Positions 8,604-17,630 of a stretch of 64,000 bases of DNA are shown one piece after another; position 1 is the first letter of the stretch; each line of letters opens with the position of its first letter. The position numbers and the translations under genes were made by a program. Under the pieces are notes generated by a model. That model ran no database searches and had not been told where the DNA came from. It was given only the letters and a program-made list of their open reading frames with translations. Source of the stretch: a bacterium (GTDB taxonomy: Bacteria; Patescibacteriota; Minisyncoccia; UBA6257; 02-FULL-45-10c). The DNA lies in assembly GCA_030700025.1 (NCBI GenBank), contig JAUYKI010000017.1, positions 2,748-66,747 of the forward strand. The letters run 5' to 3'.

Positions 8604-9473
8604 ATGAAACTTTTTGATTCTCACACCCACGTTCAATTCTCGGCTTACGATAATGACCGCGAAGAAGTTATTAAACGCGCTCGAGAAGCGGGCGTAAAAA
8701 TGATTTGCGTGGGTACGCAGTTTTCCACTTCCGAGGCGGGGATAAAATTGGCGGAAAAATATCCGGACGATATTTGGGCGTCGGTTGGTTTTCATCCGAA
8801 TCACGCGGTGAGCGAGGGCTGGCATCACGATCCGGACGAACAAAGCGAAGCTCGGCCGGAAAAGTTTGATTCGGACCAATTGGAAAAATTAGCCCTGAAT
8901 CCGAAAGTGGTGGCGATTGGGGAATGCGGATTGGACTACTATAGAATCAGGAATGATGAATTAGGAATTAAGAATAAGCAGAAAGAAGTTTTTTTGGCGC
9001 AAGCGGAGATTGCCCAAAAATTAAATAAAGCCCTTATGATTCATTGCCGTTCCTCGGTTTTGAAAAGCCCCGAAGGTAAATCAATAAAAACTGACGATGC
9101 TTATGAAGACCTATTTAACTTAATGACCAATAACCAATTACCAATAACCAAAGTAATTCACTTTTTTGCCGGGTCTTTAGAAATAGCAAAAAAATTATTA
9201 AATGCCGGCTGTTATTTTACTTTTGGCGGGGTCATAACGTTTACCCGGGATTATGACGAGGCAATTAAATATCTTCCTTTGGACAGAATCCTTTTGGAAA
9301 CCGACGCGCCCTATGTCGCGCCGGAGCCGTACCGGGGGAAGAGGAATGAGCCGGCTTATGTTGTGGAAGTAGCGAAAAAAATGGCGGAGTTCAAAGGCGT
9401 AAGTTTGGAGAAGGTGGCGGAAGCGACCACGCAAAATAACTTGACTATTTTTAGATTATCTGATATTGTATAG
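8604..9473 (+). CDS. tatD: TatD family metal-dependent hydrolase
   Basis: Motifs FDSHTHV, GECGLDY, IHCR and ETDAPY. Confidence 0.85.
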   Translation: MKLFDSHTHVQFSAYDNDREEVIKRAREAGVKMICVGTQFSTSEAGIKLAEKYPDDIWASVGFHPNHAVSEGWHHDPDEQSEARPEKFDSDQLEKLALNPKVVAIGECGLDYYRIRNDELGIKNKQKEVFLAQAEIAQKLNKALMIHCRSSVLKSPEGKSIKTDDAYEDLFNLMTNNQLPITKVIHFFAGSLEIAKKLLNAGCYFTFGGVITFTRDYDEAIKYLPLDRILLETDAPYVAPEPYRGKRNEPAYVVEVAKKMAEFKGVSLEKVAEATTQNNLTIFRLSDIV

Positions 9474-9551
9474 GCAGTTTCACTTTGATAAGCCCTCCGA
9501 CGGGTTCGACAAGCTCACCGCGGGCAATCTTGGGGTAAAGGAGGCGCTAAC

Positions 9552-9920
9552 GTGGGCAAATGGGTGTGGTGGCTCTGGATTTGGCCGGCATCAATTTTGC
9601 ACGCTTTGGATGTGACTACGACTTATGCCGGATTATCCACCGGTAAATTCCAGGAAACCAACCCTCTCATCAGCTCTTTAATTGAGAGATGGGGATTAGA
9701 AGTCGGATTGCTGGCAACGCTGGCAATTAAGATTTTGATCATAGTTGCCGGATGCGCTTTGTGCTGGTCGGCAGCGGAATTACGAAAGATTTTCAAAGAA
9801 TGGGGAGTGATTCTGGTTCCGTGGGCGTTGTCGGTTCTTCTGTACGCATCTTTGGGATTTCATTTGGCAGTCATGGTTTTCGTGGCAATGAATAATTTAA
9901 CAGTTTTGGCTCTGGGTTGA
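9552..9920 (+). CDS. Small integral membrane protein
   Basis: 122 aa with 4 hydrophobic segments. GTG start preceded by AAGGAGG. Confidence 0.55.
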   Translation: MGKWVWWLWIWPASILHALDVTTTYAGLSTGKFQETNPLISSLIERWGLEVGLLATLAIKILIIVAGCALCWSAAELRKIFKEWGVILVPWALSVLLYASLGFHLAVMVFVAMNNLTVLALG

Positions 9921-9984
9921 CCCCGGAGCATTTTTTTGTTATCATATCTCTGCAGTTTTTTGACAACCCACTTGGGAGGAAACA

Positions 9985-11694
9985 ATGAATTACAACCAGA
10001 CCGTGCCGGAGCTTTTTGCCCAGACAGTTCAGCGATATCCGAATAAAGACGCGATTCTTTTCCATGGCCGGTTTACTTACTCGGATTTGGATAAGATGTC
10101 AGATGAATTTGCCAAAGTGCTTTTGATGAACGGCATTTACAAGGGCGACCGGGTTTCGTTACTGTTGCCCAATAGCGTACATTTTGACGTGGCCTTTTTA
10201 GGCATTTTGAAAATCGGAGCGGTAGTGTCGGCGATGAATCCGTTGGTCAGCACTCCGGAAATTCTGGAGATGGCGAAACAAGCGAAGCCCACAATGATCA
10301 TTACCTTGGATATCGCGCCTTTTTACGCGCATAACCAGGCGATTTACAAGAGCTTGAAGCCCAACCAGATTATGATGGTTTGCGATTTGCGGGATTATTT
10401 CTCGCCGATTTTAAAGATTCTTTATACGCTGAAAACTTGGCGGGATAAACACTTCTTGGGAATCAGCTCCGAAGATGGCAGGCGGTCGGTATATTCGTGG
10501 GGCTATTGGAAGCGCGACAGTTTATCACAGAAATATTTGTTGCCTGACAATCCCACAATGGCAGCATTAACGAAAAAGAATTGTCCGACTCCGGACGATT
10601 TGGCTGTTTTGCAATCTACCGGCGGAACGACTGGAATTCCGAAGTTTGCTATGTTGAGCCATCGGAATATCATCAGTAACACTTTGCAGGCCTTGGCGCA
10701 TGTTAATGCCACGGGCCAGCTGGTTACCAAGGATTCTATTTTCTTGGGCGTTTTGCCGTTTTTCCATGTTTTCGGGCTTTCGGTTTGCCTGAACTTGGCT
10801 TTTGCGGTTGGCGCGACTGTGGTGATTATGCCGAAGTTTGACAGCGCGGAAGCGCTAAAGCTGATCAAGAAATACGGAGTGGATATTTTTCCGGCGATTA
10901 CCCGGATGTACGCGGCTTTGGTCGCGTTCGGATCTAAGGATTCGGAAAAATGCCGGACAATGTGCGCTAGCTTGAGGCTGTGCTTTTCCGGAGCCGGAGC
11001 TTTGGATCTGGCGGTAAAAGCCCAATGGGAAAAAATGACCGGAAAAGAAATCACCGAAGGCTACGGCTTGTCCGAAGCGTCGCCGATCGTTTCTTTTAAT
11101 CCGATTGGTGAAGGAAAAACCGGAAGCATGGGCACCTTGGTTCCGGATACGGAATTGAAATTAGTTCACCAGGATACCGGCGAACCGGTTGGCTGGGATG
11201 AATCTGGTGAATTGTGGATCCGTGGCCCGCAAGTGATGATGGGCTATTGGCAGAATGAAGAAGAAACGCGAATGGCGCTCCGCGAAGGCGGATGGCTGGC
11301 TACCGGCGATATCGTCCGATATCACGACGGATATTTATGGTTCGTGGACCGGAAAAAGGACATGGTGAAGATTAACGGAGAGAATGTTTATCCCAAGTCC
11401 ATTGAAGATGTAATCCGTACCTGTCCGATAGTGGCTGATGTGGCGGTGTTTGGCGTGCCAGATAAAGAAACCGGCGAACAGCTGGTAGCGTGCGTAGTTT
11501 TAAACGATAAAGCAGAGGGCGCGCTGAAATACACCGATTCGGCCTTGACTGACGCGATACACGGCCATTGCCGCAATAACCATCTGGCGGGAATCAAGAT
11601 TCCCAAGCGAGTGGTATCGGTTCCCGAAATTCCCAAAACGGTTGTAGGAAAAGTTCTGAAGAGAGTATTGAAAGAAAACCTTTTAAAAAACTAA
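9985..11694 (+). CDS. AMP-dependent acyl-CoA synthetase/ligase (FadD-like)
   Basis: Motifs TGGTTGIPK, GYGLSEASP and TGDIV...DRKKDMVKINGENVYP. GGGAGG Shine-Dalgarno upstream. Confidence 0.85.
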   Translation: MNYNQTVPELFAQTVQRYPNKDAILFHGRFTYSDLDKMSDEFAKVLLMNGIYKGDRVSLLLPNSVHFDVAFLGILKIGAVVSAMNPLVSTPEILEMAKQAKPTMIITLDIAPFYAHNQAIYKSLKPNQIMMVCDLRDYFSPILKILYTLKTWRDKHFLGISSEDGRRSVYSWGYWKRDSLSQKYLLPDNPTMAALTKKNCPTPDDLAVLQSTGGTTGIPKFAMLSHRNIISNTLQALAHVNATGQLVTKDSIFLGVLPFFHVFGLSVCLNLAFAVGATVVIMPKFDSAEALKLIKKYGVDIFPAITRMYAALVAFGSKDSEKCRTMCASLRLCFSGAGALDLAVKAQWEKMTGKEITEGYGLSEASPIVSFNPIGEGKTGSMGTLVPDTELKLVHQDTGEPVGWDESGELWIRGPQVMMGYWQNEEETRMALREGGWLATGDIVRYHDGYLWFVDRKKDMVKINGENVYPKSIEDVIRTCPIVADVAVFGVPDKETGEQLVACVVLNDKAEGALKYTDSALTDAIHGHCRNNHLAGIKIPKRVVSVPEIPKTVVGKVLKRVLKENLLKN

Positions 11695-11715
11695 AGACTA
11701 AAAATCAAAAAATTT

Positions 11716-11740
11716 AACCCCGATAAATGTCGGGGTTTTT
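11716..11740 (+). terminator. Intrinsic terminator
   Basis: CCCCGA-taaatg-TCGGGG followed by TTTTT. Confidence 0.6.
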
Positions 11741-11745
11741 AATTT

Positions 11746-11891
11746 AGAAAGAGTGTTTTATTCTCCCGCTACTGTTCAAACTCCCGGCGAGAGTTTTCAC
11801 TGGGTCTCGGGCTTCGCTCTTTCCGCCTTTGGCGGAAAACCCTGCCCGCTCAGCCCTCAGCCCGCGCTACGGAGAATAAAACACTCTTTCT
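11746..11891 (+). repeat. GC-rich inverted-repeat-bounded element, copy E1
   Basis: AGAAAGAGTGTTTTATTCTCC and GGAGAATAAAACACTCTTTCT form perfect 21-nt arms. The interior is homologous to the reverse complement of 36623-36810. Confidence 0.7.
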
Positions 11892-11904
11892 AATTTTTAT
11901 GGAA

Positions 11905-11934
11905 ATAAAAAAACCACGGCTTAACGCACCGTGG
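11905..11934 (-). terminator. Intrinsic terminator (minus strand)
   Basis: CCACGG/CCGTGG hairpin followed on the minus strand by a T-run. Confidence 0.55.
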
Positions 11935-11996
11935 TATTGATTAGCGCCCTTGCTAATGCCCGCAAGAGTAAAGGGTTATGCCGAAACGGGCCCTGA

Positions 11997-12116
11997 TCAG
12001 GAATAGTGGCAGGTCAGGTTCAGGGCCATTACCAGAAGGATCATCGCGCCCGCCACGCCCACTATCACCCAGGCGACCTCCTGGCTCACCTTCTTCTCGT
12101 TCAGATACTTCATCAT
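11997..12116 (-). CDS. Small hydrophobic protein (39 aa, one TM)
   Basis: ATG preceded by AAGGAGG at a 6-nt spacing. Sequence MMKYLNEKKVSQEVAWVIVGVAGAMILLVMALNLTCHYS. GC-rich codons unlike the neighbouring genes. Below the ORF-track length cutoff. Confidence 0.5.
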   Translation of the reverse strand: MMKYLNEKKVSQEVAWVIVGVAGAMILLVMALNLTCHYS

Positions 12117-12135
12117 GTGCAGCCTCCTTGTTAGT

Positions 12136-12333
12136 TTACTTTGGGCCCGAGATGGGGTTCTGTCGTTTCTTGAGCCCGCCTAACAAAAGACCAATCAGAA
12201 GGCCGATCAGGTATCCGATGTACAAACTGCAGCCTATGGTCACGAACGATGCGTGAGGGGTTCGCGGAGTCTCGAAGGCGTAGGGCAAAAACATGGCAAC
12301 TATCAACCCGATACCAAGCTGAATCATATACAC
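12136..12333 (-). CDS. Small membrane protein (65 aa, two TM)
   Basis: GTG/ATG start preceded by GGGAGGA. Hydrophobic, and co-oriented with the 39-aa ORF. Confidence 0.5.
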   Translation of the reverse strand: MYMIQLGIGLIVAMFLPYAFETPRTPHASFVTIGCSLYIGYLIGLLIGLLLGGLKKRQNPISGPK

Positions 12334-12368
12334 GATAGTCCTCCCAGCGTTTTCAAGTTTCTAAACAT

Positions 12369-12397
12369 ATCTTATCATATTATTCCAATCTTGTCAA
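12369..12397 (-). promoter_or_regulatory. Sigma70-like promoter for the small membrane ORF pair
   Basis: TTGACA-N17-TAAGAT on the minus strand. Confidence 0.45.
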
Positions 12398-12440
12398 TCG
12401 GGGATAGCAAATACCCCATTTTTAGCTTAAAATTTACCTA

Positions 12441-14966
12441 ATGAAGTACGACTTCAAAAAGATAGAAAAAAAGTGGCAGAAGACTTGGAGTAAGAATGAC
12501 TACGCCGTCTGGCACGCGGAGGAAAAGCCCAGGGCAAGGGAAATGTATGTTTTGGACATGTTTCCGTATCCTTCCGGCGAAGGTTTGCATGTGGGCCATG
12601 TGGAGGGCTACACTGCCTCGGATATTTTAAGCCGTTATTATCGGATGCGCGGTTTTAATGTTTTGCACCCAATGGGCTGGGACGCTTTCGGTTTGCCCGC
12701 GGAAAATTACGCGATTAAAAAGAAGGTCCATCCCGCGGAAGTAGTGAAGCAAAATGTTAAGCGGTTCAAAGAACAGCTGAACAAGCTGGGCTTCAGCTAT
12801 GACTGGCAAAGGGAAGTGAATACCACCGACCCGGAATATTATAAGTGGACTCAATGGATTTTCCTCCAGCTTTTTGAAAAGGGCTTGGCTTATGAAGCGG
12901 AAGTGCCGGTGAATTGGTGCCCGAAAGATAAAACGGTTTTAGCGAACGAGGAAGTGATTGACGGCTGTTGTGAACGCTGTAGCGAACAGGTGGAAAGGAA
13001 AAATCTCAAGCAATGGGTTTTAAAAATCACGGCTTACGCGGACCGGCTTTTAAAGGACTTGGAAGATTTGGACTGGCCGGACAAAGTGAAAGAAATGCAG
13101 AAAAATTGGATCGGCCGTTCCGAGGGCGCGGAAATTGATTTTCCAGTGGCTAATTCCACTTTAAAAATAAAAGTCTTCACCACCCGGCCGGACACGATTC
13201 CGGGAGTTACTTATTTAGTGCTGGCGCCGGAACATGCGCTGATTTCCCAGCTGGACGCGAGAATTACCAATCCGAACGCGGTTAAGGAATATCTGGAAAC
13301 CGCCAGGCATAAATCGGAACGGGAAAGAATCGCCGATATCAGGCAAAAAACCGGAGTGGAATTGCGGGGCATCAAGGCCGTGAATCCTTTAACCGGAAAA
13401 GAAATACCGGTTTGGACTTCGGATTACGTTTTATCCGGCTACGGCACCGGAGCGATTATGGCGGTTCCGGCGCATGACCAGCGGGATTTTGAATTTGCCA
13501 AGAATTTCGAATTGCCGATTGTCCAGGTCATTTCCCTTACCGGACGGGAAGAGGATTTAGCGTCGGCGTACGGAGGCGACGGCATTATGATTAACGCCGG
13601 CGAAGAATTAAACGGCTTGGGCAATCAGTTAGCGAAAGAAACAATTATTGAAAAATTGGAAGCTCATAAAAAGGTAAATTATAAGCTTCGGGACTGGGTA
13701 TTTTCCCGCCAGCGTTATTGGGGAGAACCTATACCGCTTATTTTTTGTGAACAGTGTAAAAAACAAGCGGTAAATTCCAAATTCCAAACTCCAAATTCCA
13801 AACATAATGAATTTAACGAAGGCGAGATTTTAAATCCGGGCTGGGTTCCGGTGCCGGAAGAAGATTTGCCGGTAGAACTGCCGAAAGTTAAAAACTATGA
13901 GCCGACCGGTTCGGCGGAGTCTCCGCTAGCAGGGATTGATAAGTGGGTGAATGTAAAATGTCCGCAATGCGGCGAGCCGGCGAAAAGAGAAACCAACACT
14001 ATGCCGCAATGGGCGGGCTCTTGCTGGTATTATCTCGCGTATATTTTAAGTGAAAAGTTAAAAGTTAAAAGTGACAAAGATTTTTGGGATAAAAAATCTT
14101 TGGATTATTGGCTGCCGGTGGATGTTTATATCGGCGGAGTAGAGCACGCCGTACTCCATCTTTTATATGCTCGTTTTTGGCATAAGTTTTTGCATGATAT
14201 TGAAGCTGTTTCTACGAAAGAGCCGTTTCAGCGGTTGGTGAATCAGGGCTTGATTTTGGGACCGGATAATCAAAAGATGTCCAAATCCCGCGGGAACGTG
14301 GTTAATCCGGATGAGCTGGTAGAAAAGTTCGGAGCGGATTCTTTGCGGTTATATGAAATGTTTATGGGGCCGTTGGAAGACGCTAAACCGTGGCAGCCGG
14401 ACGGAATTGTCGGCGTGCATCGGTTTCTTAATCGTGTATGGAATCTAGTAGGCGAAAAGCGAAAAACGAAAAGCGAAAAGACGGACGATAAATTAGAAAG
14501 ATTATTACACAAGACGATTAAAAAAGTTACTGAAGACGTAGAGGGGCTTAAATTTAATACCGCTATTTCCAGTTTAATGATTTTAGTGAATGAAATGGAG
14601 AAGGCGGAGTCAATAGTTAATAGTCAATTGTTATTAGTTACTAAGTTGCTGTTTCCTTTTGCTCCGCATATTGCCCAAGAGCTTTGGAGCCAGCTTGGCC
14701 CTTCGGCAAGTTCAGGACAAGCAAGCTTGCTGGATCATGAAGATTGGCCGAAATATGACGAGAAATTGATTACCGAAGAAGACTTTGAGCTTTTGATTCA
14801 GGTTAACGGAAAATTGCGCGATAAGGTTATGGTTTCAAAAAATACTACGCAAGAAGAAGCGGAGAAGTTGGTTTTGGGAATGGAAAAGATTAAAGAGTTT
14901 GTCGGCAAAGCTAAGCCTAAAAAAATAATTTTTGTGCCAGGCCGGTTAATTAATATTGTGGTTTAG
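12441..14966 (+). CDS. leuS: Leucine--tRNA ligase
   Basis: HVGHVEGYTASD (HIGH-type motif), KMSKSRGN and the CP1 editing region. 841 aa. Confidence 0.93.
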   Translation: MKYDFKKIEKKWQKTWSKNDYAVWHAEEKPRAREMYVLDMFPYPSGEGLHVGHVEGYTASDILSRYYRMRGFNVLHPMGWDAFGLPAENYAIKKKVHPAEVVKQNVKRFKEQLNKLGFSYDWQREVNTTDPEYYKWTQWIFLQLFEKGLAYEAEVPVNWCPKDKTVLANEEVIDGCCERCSEQVERKNLKQWVLKITAYADRLLKDLEDLDWPDKVKEMQKNWIGRSEGAEIDFPVANSTLKIKVFTTRPDTIPGVTYLVLAPEHALISQLDARITNPNAVKEYLETARHKSERERIADIRQKTGVELRGIKAVNPLTGKEIPVWTSDYVLSGYGTGAIMAVPAHDQRDFEFAKNFELPIVQVISLTGREEDLASAYGGDGIMINAGEELNGLGNQLAKETIIEKLEAHKKVNYKLRDWVFSRQRYWGEPIPLIFCEQCKKQAVNSKFQTPNSKHNEFNEGEILNPGWVPVPEEDLPVELPKVKNYEPTGSAESPLAGIDKWVNVKCPQCGEPAKRETNTMPQWAGSCWYYLAYILSEKLKVKSDKDFWDKKSLDYWLPVDVYIGGVEHAVLHLLYARFWHKFLHDIEAVSTKEPFQRLVNQGLILGPDNQKMSKSRGNVVNPDELVEKFGADSLRLYEMFMGPLEDAKPWQPDGIVGVHRFLNRVWNLVGEKRKTKSEKTDDKLERLLHKTIKKVTEDVEGLKFNTAISSLMILVNEMEKAESIVNSQLLLVTKLLFPFAPHIAQELWSQLGPSASSGQASLLDHEDWPKYDEKLITEEDFELLIQVNGKLRDKVMVSKNTTQEEAEKLVLGMEKIKEFVGKAKPKKIIFVPGRLINIVV

Positions 14967-15028
14967 AAGAAAAATTATCTCGTCTTCGTTGCTTTAGTAT
15001 AAAATCATCAGTTATATATGTATATATG

Positions 15029-15164
15029 CCCGGTATTACAACTTTGATCGTAAAAGTTTCAGCGAGTTATTTAAGAAAAACTATGAAATTACCTAATTTA
15101 TTAATTATAAAGTCGACAAAGCGCTTAATTTTAATTAAGCGCCAATCAAAGTTGTAATACCGGG
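15029..15164. repeat. Inverted-repeat-bounded intergenic cassette abutting the glmS start
   Basis: CCCGGTATTACAACTTTGAT (15029-15048) is the perfect reverse complement of 15145-15164. TATG flanks both outer junctions. Confidence 0.75.
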
Positions 15165-15165
15165 T

Positions 15166-17028
15166 ATGTGCGGTATAGTCGGTTACATCGGAAAACAGAA
15201 AGCCGCTCCCATACTTTTGGACGGCATTAAAAGCTTGGAGTATCGCGGTTATGATTCAGCGGGAATTTCCGTGATTAATAATCAAGGAGGAGTGGCGGAG
15301 GCGCAAGTGGAAAAAGCGGTTGGCAAAGTAATTAATTTAGAAAATAAAATAAAGTCCCGGGAGCTGTTAGGCGGCCTCGGGATTATTCATACCCGCTGGG
15401 CCACTCATGGCGGAGCCACCGAGGCCAATGCTCATCCGCATAGCGATTGCGCTGGCAATATTTGGCTGGTTCACAATGGAATTATTGAGAATTATAAAGA
15501 GCTAAAAAATGAACTGATTTCCGCCGGCCATCAGTTTAAATCGGAAACTGACACGGAAGTCGTTGCTCATTTAATCGAAGAGCAAGTTAAAAGTTTAAAG
15601 TCAAAAGTTCAAAGTTATGCGTTAGAGGACGCGGTGCGGTTAGCTTTGAAAAAAGTCCGCGGAGCTTACGCGCTGGCGATTATTGATAAGCGCGAGCCGG
15701 AAAAATTAGTGGCCGTCCGGAATTCCAGCCCGCTGATTTTGGGAATCGGCAATGATGAATATCTGGTGGCTTCGGACGCTTCGGCGGTAGTAAAGCATAC
15801 CCGCAAAGTGATTTATTTTAATGACGGCGAAATGGCAATTTTAACTCCGGATAATCATCGGGTGGTTAATCTGGAAAACCAGGCAGTAGATTCTCAGCCG
15901 CAAGAATTAGATTGGACTGTGGAAAGCGCCCAGAAAGGAGGCTATCCGCATTTTATGCTGAAAGAAATTTTTGAACAGCCGGAAGCGGTAGAAAATTGTT
16001 TGCGCGGAAGATTGGTAGTTCAAGAGGGAACGGCTAAACTGGGCGGATTGGAATCCATTAAAGATAAATTGCGGGAAATAAAAAGAATTCATATTTCCGC
16101 CTGCGGTACGGCTTATTTGGCCGGAAAAGTGGGTGAATATATGCTGGAAGAATATGCCGGCATTCCGGTAGAAGTGGATTTGGCTTCCGAGCTTCGTTAT
16201 CGCAAACCCGTTTTTGATAATCATGACGCGGTGCTGGTGATTTCCCAATCCGGAGAAACGGCGGATACGCTGGCTTCGGTAAAAGAAGCCAAGGAAAAGG
16301 GAATTTTAACTTTAGGCATTGTTAATACGGTGGGATCGTCCATTGCCCGGGAAACCGAAGCCGGAATTTATCAGCATATCGGTCCGGAAATCGGCGTAGC
16401 TTCCACCAAAGCATTTACTTCGCAGGTGGCGGTGCTGGCGCTCTTAACTTTATTTTTGGGAAGGCAGCGGCAAATGTCTTTGGTAACCGGCGAGCGGATC
16501 GCGCGGGAATTGCAGAGGTTGCCGGAATTAATCCGAAAAGTTTTGCAGTCCGAAGATTTAATAAAACAAATCGCCGTCAAATATCAGACCCACAATAATT
16601 TTTTATACTTAGGCCGGAAATATAATCTGCCGATTGCTTACGAGGGAGCGTTAAAATTAAAAGAAATTTCCTATATCCACGCTGAAGGCTATGGCGCCGG
16701 AGAAATGAAGCACGGCCCGATTGCCATGATTGACCAGAATTTGCCGTCGGTAGTAATTGTTCCGTCGGACTCGGTTTATGAAAAAACTGTTTCTAATATT
16801 GAGGAAATTCGCGCCCGTCGAGGTCCGGTTATCGCCATTGCCACTGAAGGCAACGAAGATATTAAAAGTTTGGCGGACGACGTTATTTATATTCCGAAAT
16901 CTTTGGAAATGCTGACTCCGATTTTATCGGCGGTTCCGCTCCAGCTTTTTGCTTATCATGTCGGAGTTTTGCGGGGATTGGACGTAGATAAGCCCCGTAA
17001 TCTCGCTAAATCGGTTACCGTGGAATAA
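15166..17028 (+). CDS. glmS: Glutamine--fructose-6-phosphate aminotransferase
   Basis: MCGIVGY N-terminal nucleophile, two SIS domains and a C-terminal ...KPRNLAKSVTVE. Confidence 0.95.
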   Translation: MCGIVGYIGKQKAAPILLDGIKSLEYRGYDSAGISVINNQGGVAEAQVEKAVGKVINLENKIKSRELLGGLGIIHTRWATHGGATEANAHPHSDCAGNIWLVHNGIIENYKELKNELISAGHQFKSETDTEVVAHLIEEQVKSLKSKVQSYALEDAVRLALKKVRGAYALAIIDKREPEKLVAVRNSSPLILGIGNDEYLVASDASAVVKHTRKVIYFNDGEMAILTPDNHRVVNLENQAVDSQPQELDWTVESAQKGGYPHFMLKEIFEQPEAVENCLRGRLVVQEGTAKLGGLESIKDKLREIKRIHISACGTAYLAGKVGEYMLEEYAGIPVEVDLASELRYRKPVFDNHDAVLVISQSGETADTLASVKEAKEKGILTLGIVNTVGSSIARETEAGIYQHIGPEIGVASTKAFTSQVAVLALLTLFLGRQRQMSLVTGERIARELQRLPELIRKVLQSEDLIKQIAVKYQTHNNFLYLGRKYNLPIAYEGALKLKEISYIHAEGYGAGEMKHGPIAMIDQNLPSVVIVPSDSVYEKTVSNIEEIRARRGPVIAIATEGNEDIKSLADDVIYIPKSLEMLTPILSAVPLQLFAYHVGVLRGLDVDKPRNLAKSVTVE

Positions 17029-17048
17029 AGTCGCCGTGAATAAAAAAT

Positions 17049-17072
17049 GCCCATCCTTCCGGATGGGCTTTA
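17049..17072. terminator. Bidirectional intrinsic terminator
   Basis: GCCCATCC-ttcc-GGATGGGC flanked by an A-run and a T-run, between convergent genes. Confidence 0.6.
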
Positions 17073-17074
17073 AT

Positions 17075-17530
17075 TTATTTAGTGGCAGGCTTTTTGCGTG
17101 GCGGCAGTTTTTCCAGCGGAATGACATTAGAAGTTTCGGTGTAAGCAAACCAGATAGTTGCGCTTTCTTGTTTTGATTCATCAAACACCCGGACAACTTG
17201 GAGGATCGTAAACTTGCCGGCGTCTCTAACAATTTCGTGGAAAAGCGCGCGAAGCGTTTTTCCTCCTCCGTAGTTGCCGGCGTATTCTTGGGCAAAGTTA
17301 AATTCTTTAGATTGCAGGCGGATGGCTAGAGGGTCTTTTACTCTTTCGGATGCCCGCGGCAGGGTATAAATGATATTGGAGCTGTTGCCGACAGTAGTTT
17401 CGTCTCCGCCAAATAATACGGCGCCGGTTACCATGCCGAGAAGGAAGGTGCTCCCTTGGGCAGGCTGGGCGGTGGTTAATCCGAAGATCAGCAGAGCTGA
17501 CATTGCCAGGACACTCGCGGTTTTTTTCAT
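17075..17530 (-). CDS. Secreted/hypothetical protein
   Basis: 151 aa with signal-peptide-like MKKTASVLAMSALLIFGLTTAQPAQG. Confidence 0.6.
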   Translation of the reverse strand: MKKTASVLAMSALLIFGLTTAQPAQGSTFLLGMVTGAVLFGGDETTVGNSSNIIYTLPRASERVKDPLAIRLQSKEFNFAQEYAGNYGGGKTLRALFHEIVRDAGKFTILQVVRVFDESKQESATIWFAYTETSNVIPLEKLPPRKKPATK

Positions 17531-17630
17531 GTTTTTCCCCGTGCTGAGCTTGTCGAAGCGCTCGATTCACTTTTCAATCTGCGTTAGCAATACTATTATG
17601 ACAGCCGTTAAGTGTCAATTGTTAAAAGTT

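Noticed and set aside
10503-11054. 183-aa ORF antisense to the acyl-CoA synthetase gene. Similar antisense or overlapping track ORFs include 21483-22022, 22753-23076, 23629-23964, 35197-35604 and 41119-41511.
   Set aside because: Each lies fully inside a longer opposite-strand or alternate-frame CDS with clear family motifs. They have no Shine-Dalgarno and show low-complexity composition typical of shadow frames.
11978-12256. 92-aa plus-strand ORF (RPS-rich).
   Set aside because: Antisense to two Shine-Dalgarno-led small membrane ORFs. The composition is a shadow of their GC-rich codons, and there is no start context.
15026-15157. 43-codon ORF spanning the glmS-upstream cassette from the duplicated ATG.
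   Set aside because: No Shine-Dalgarno. It is a basic, low-complexity peptide running through two palindromes. It is kept as a note in a finding but not called as a gene.
14967-15165. glmS ribozyme upstream of glmS.
   Set aside because: Only an AAGCGCC string resembles the cleavage-site region. The conserved core (…GACGAGGATGG… and the P2 pseudoknot) is absent, and only ~25 nt remain before the ATG.
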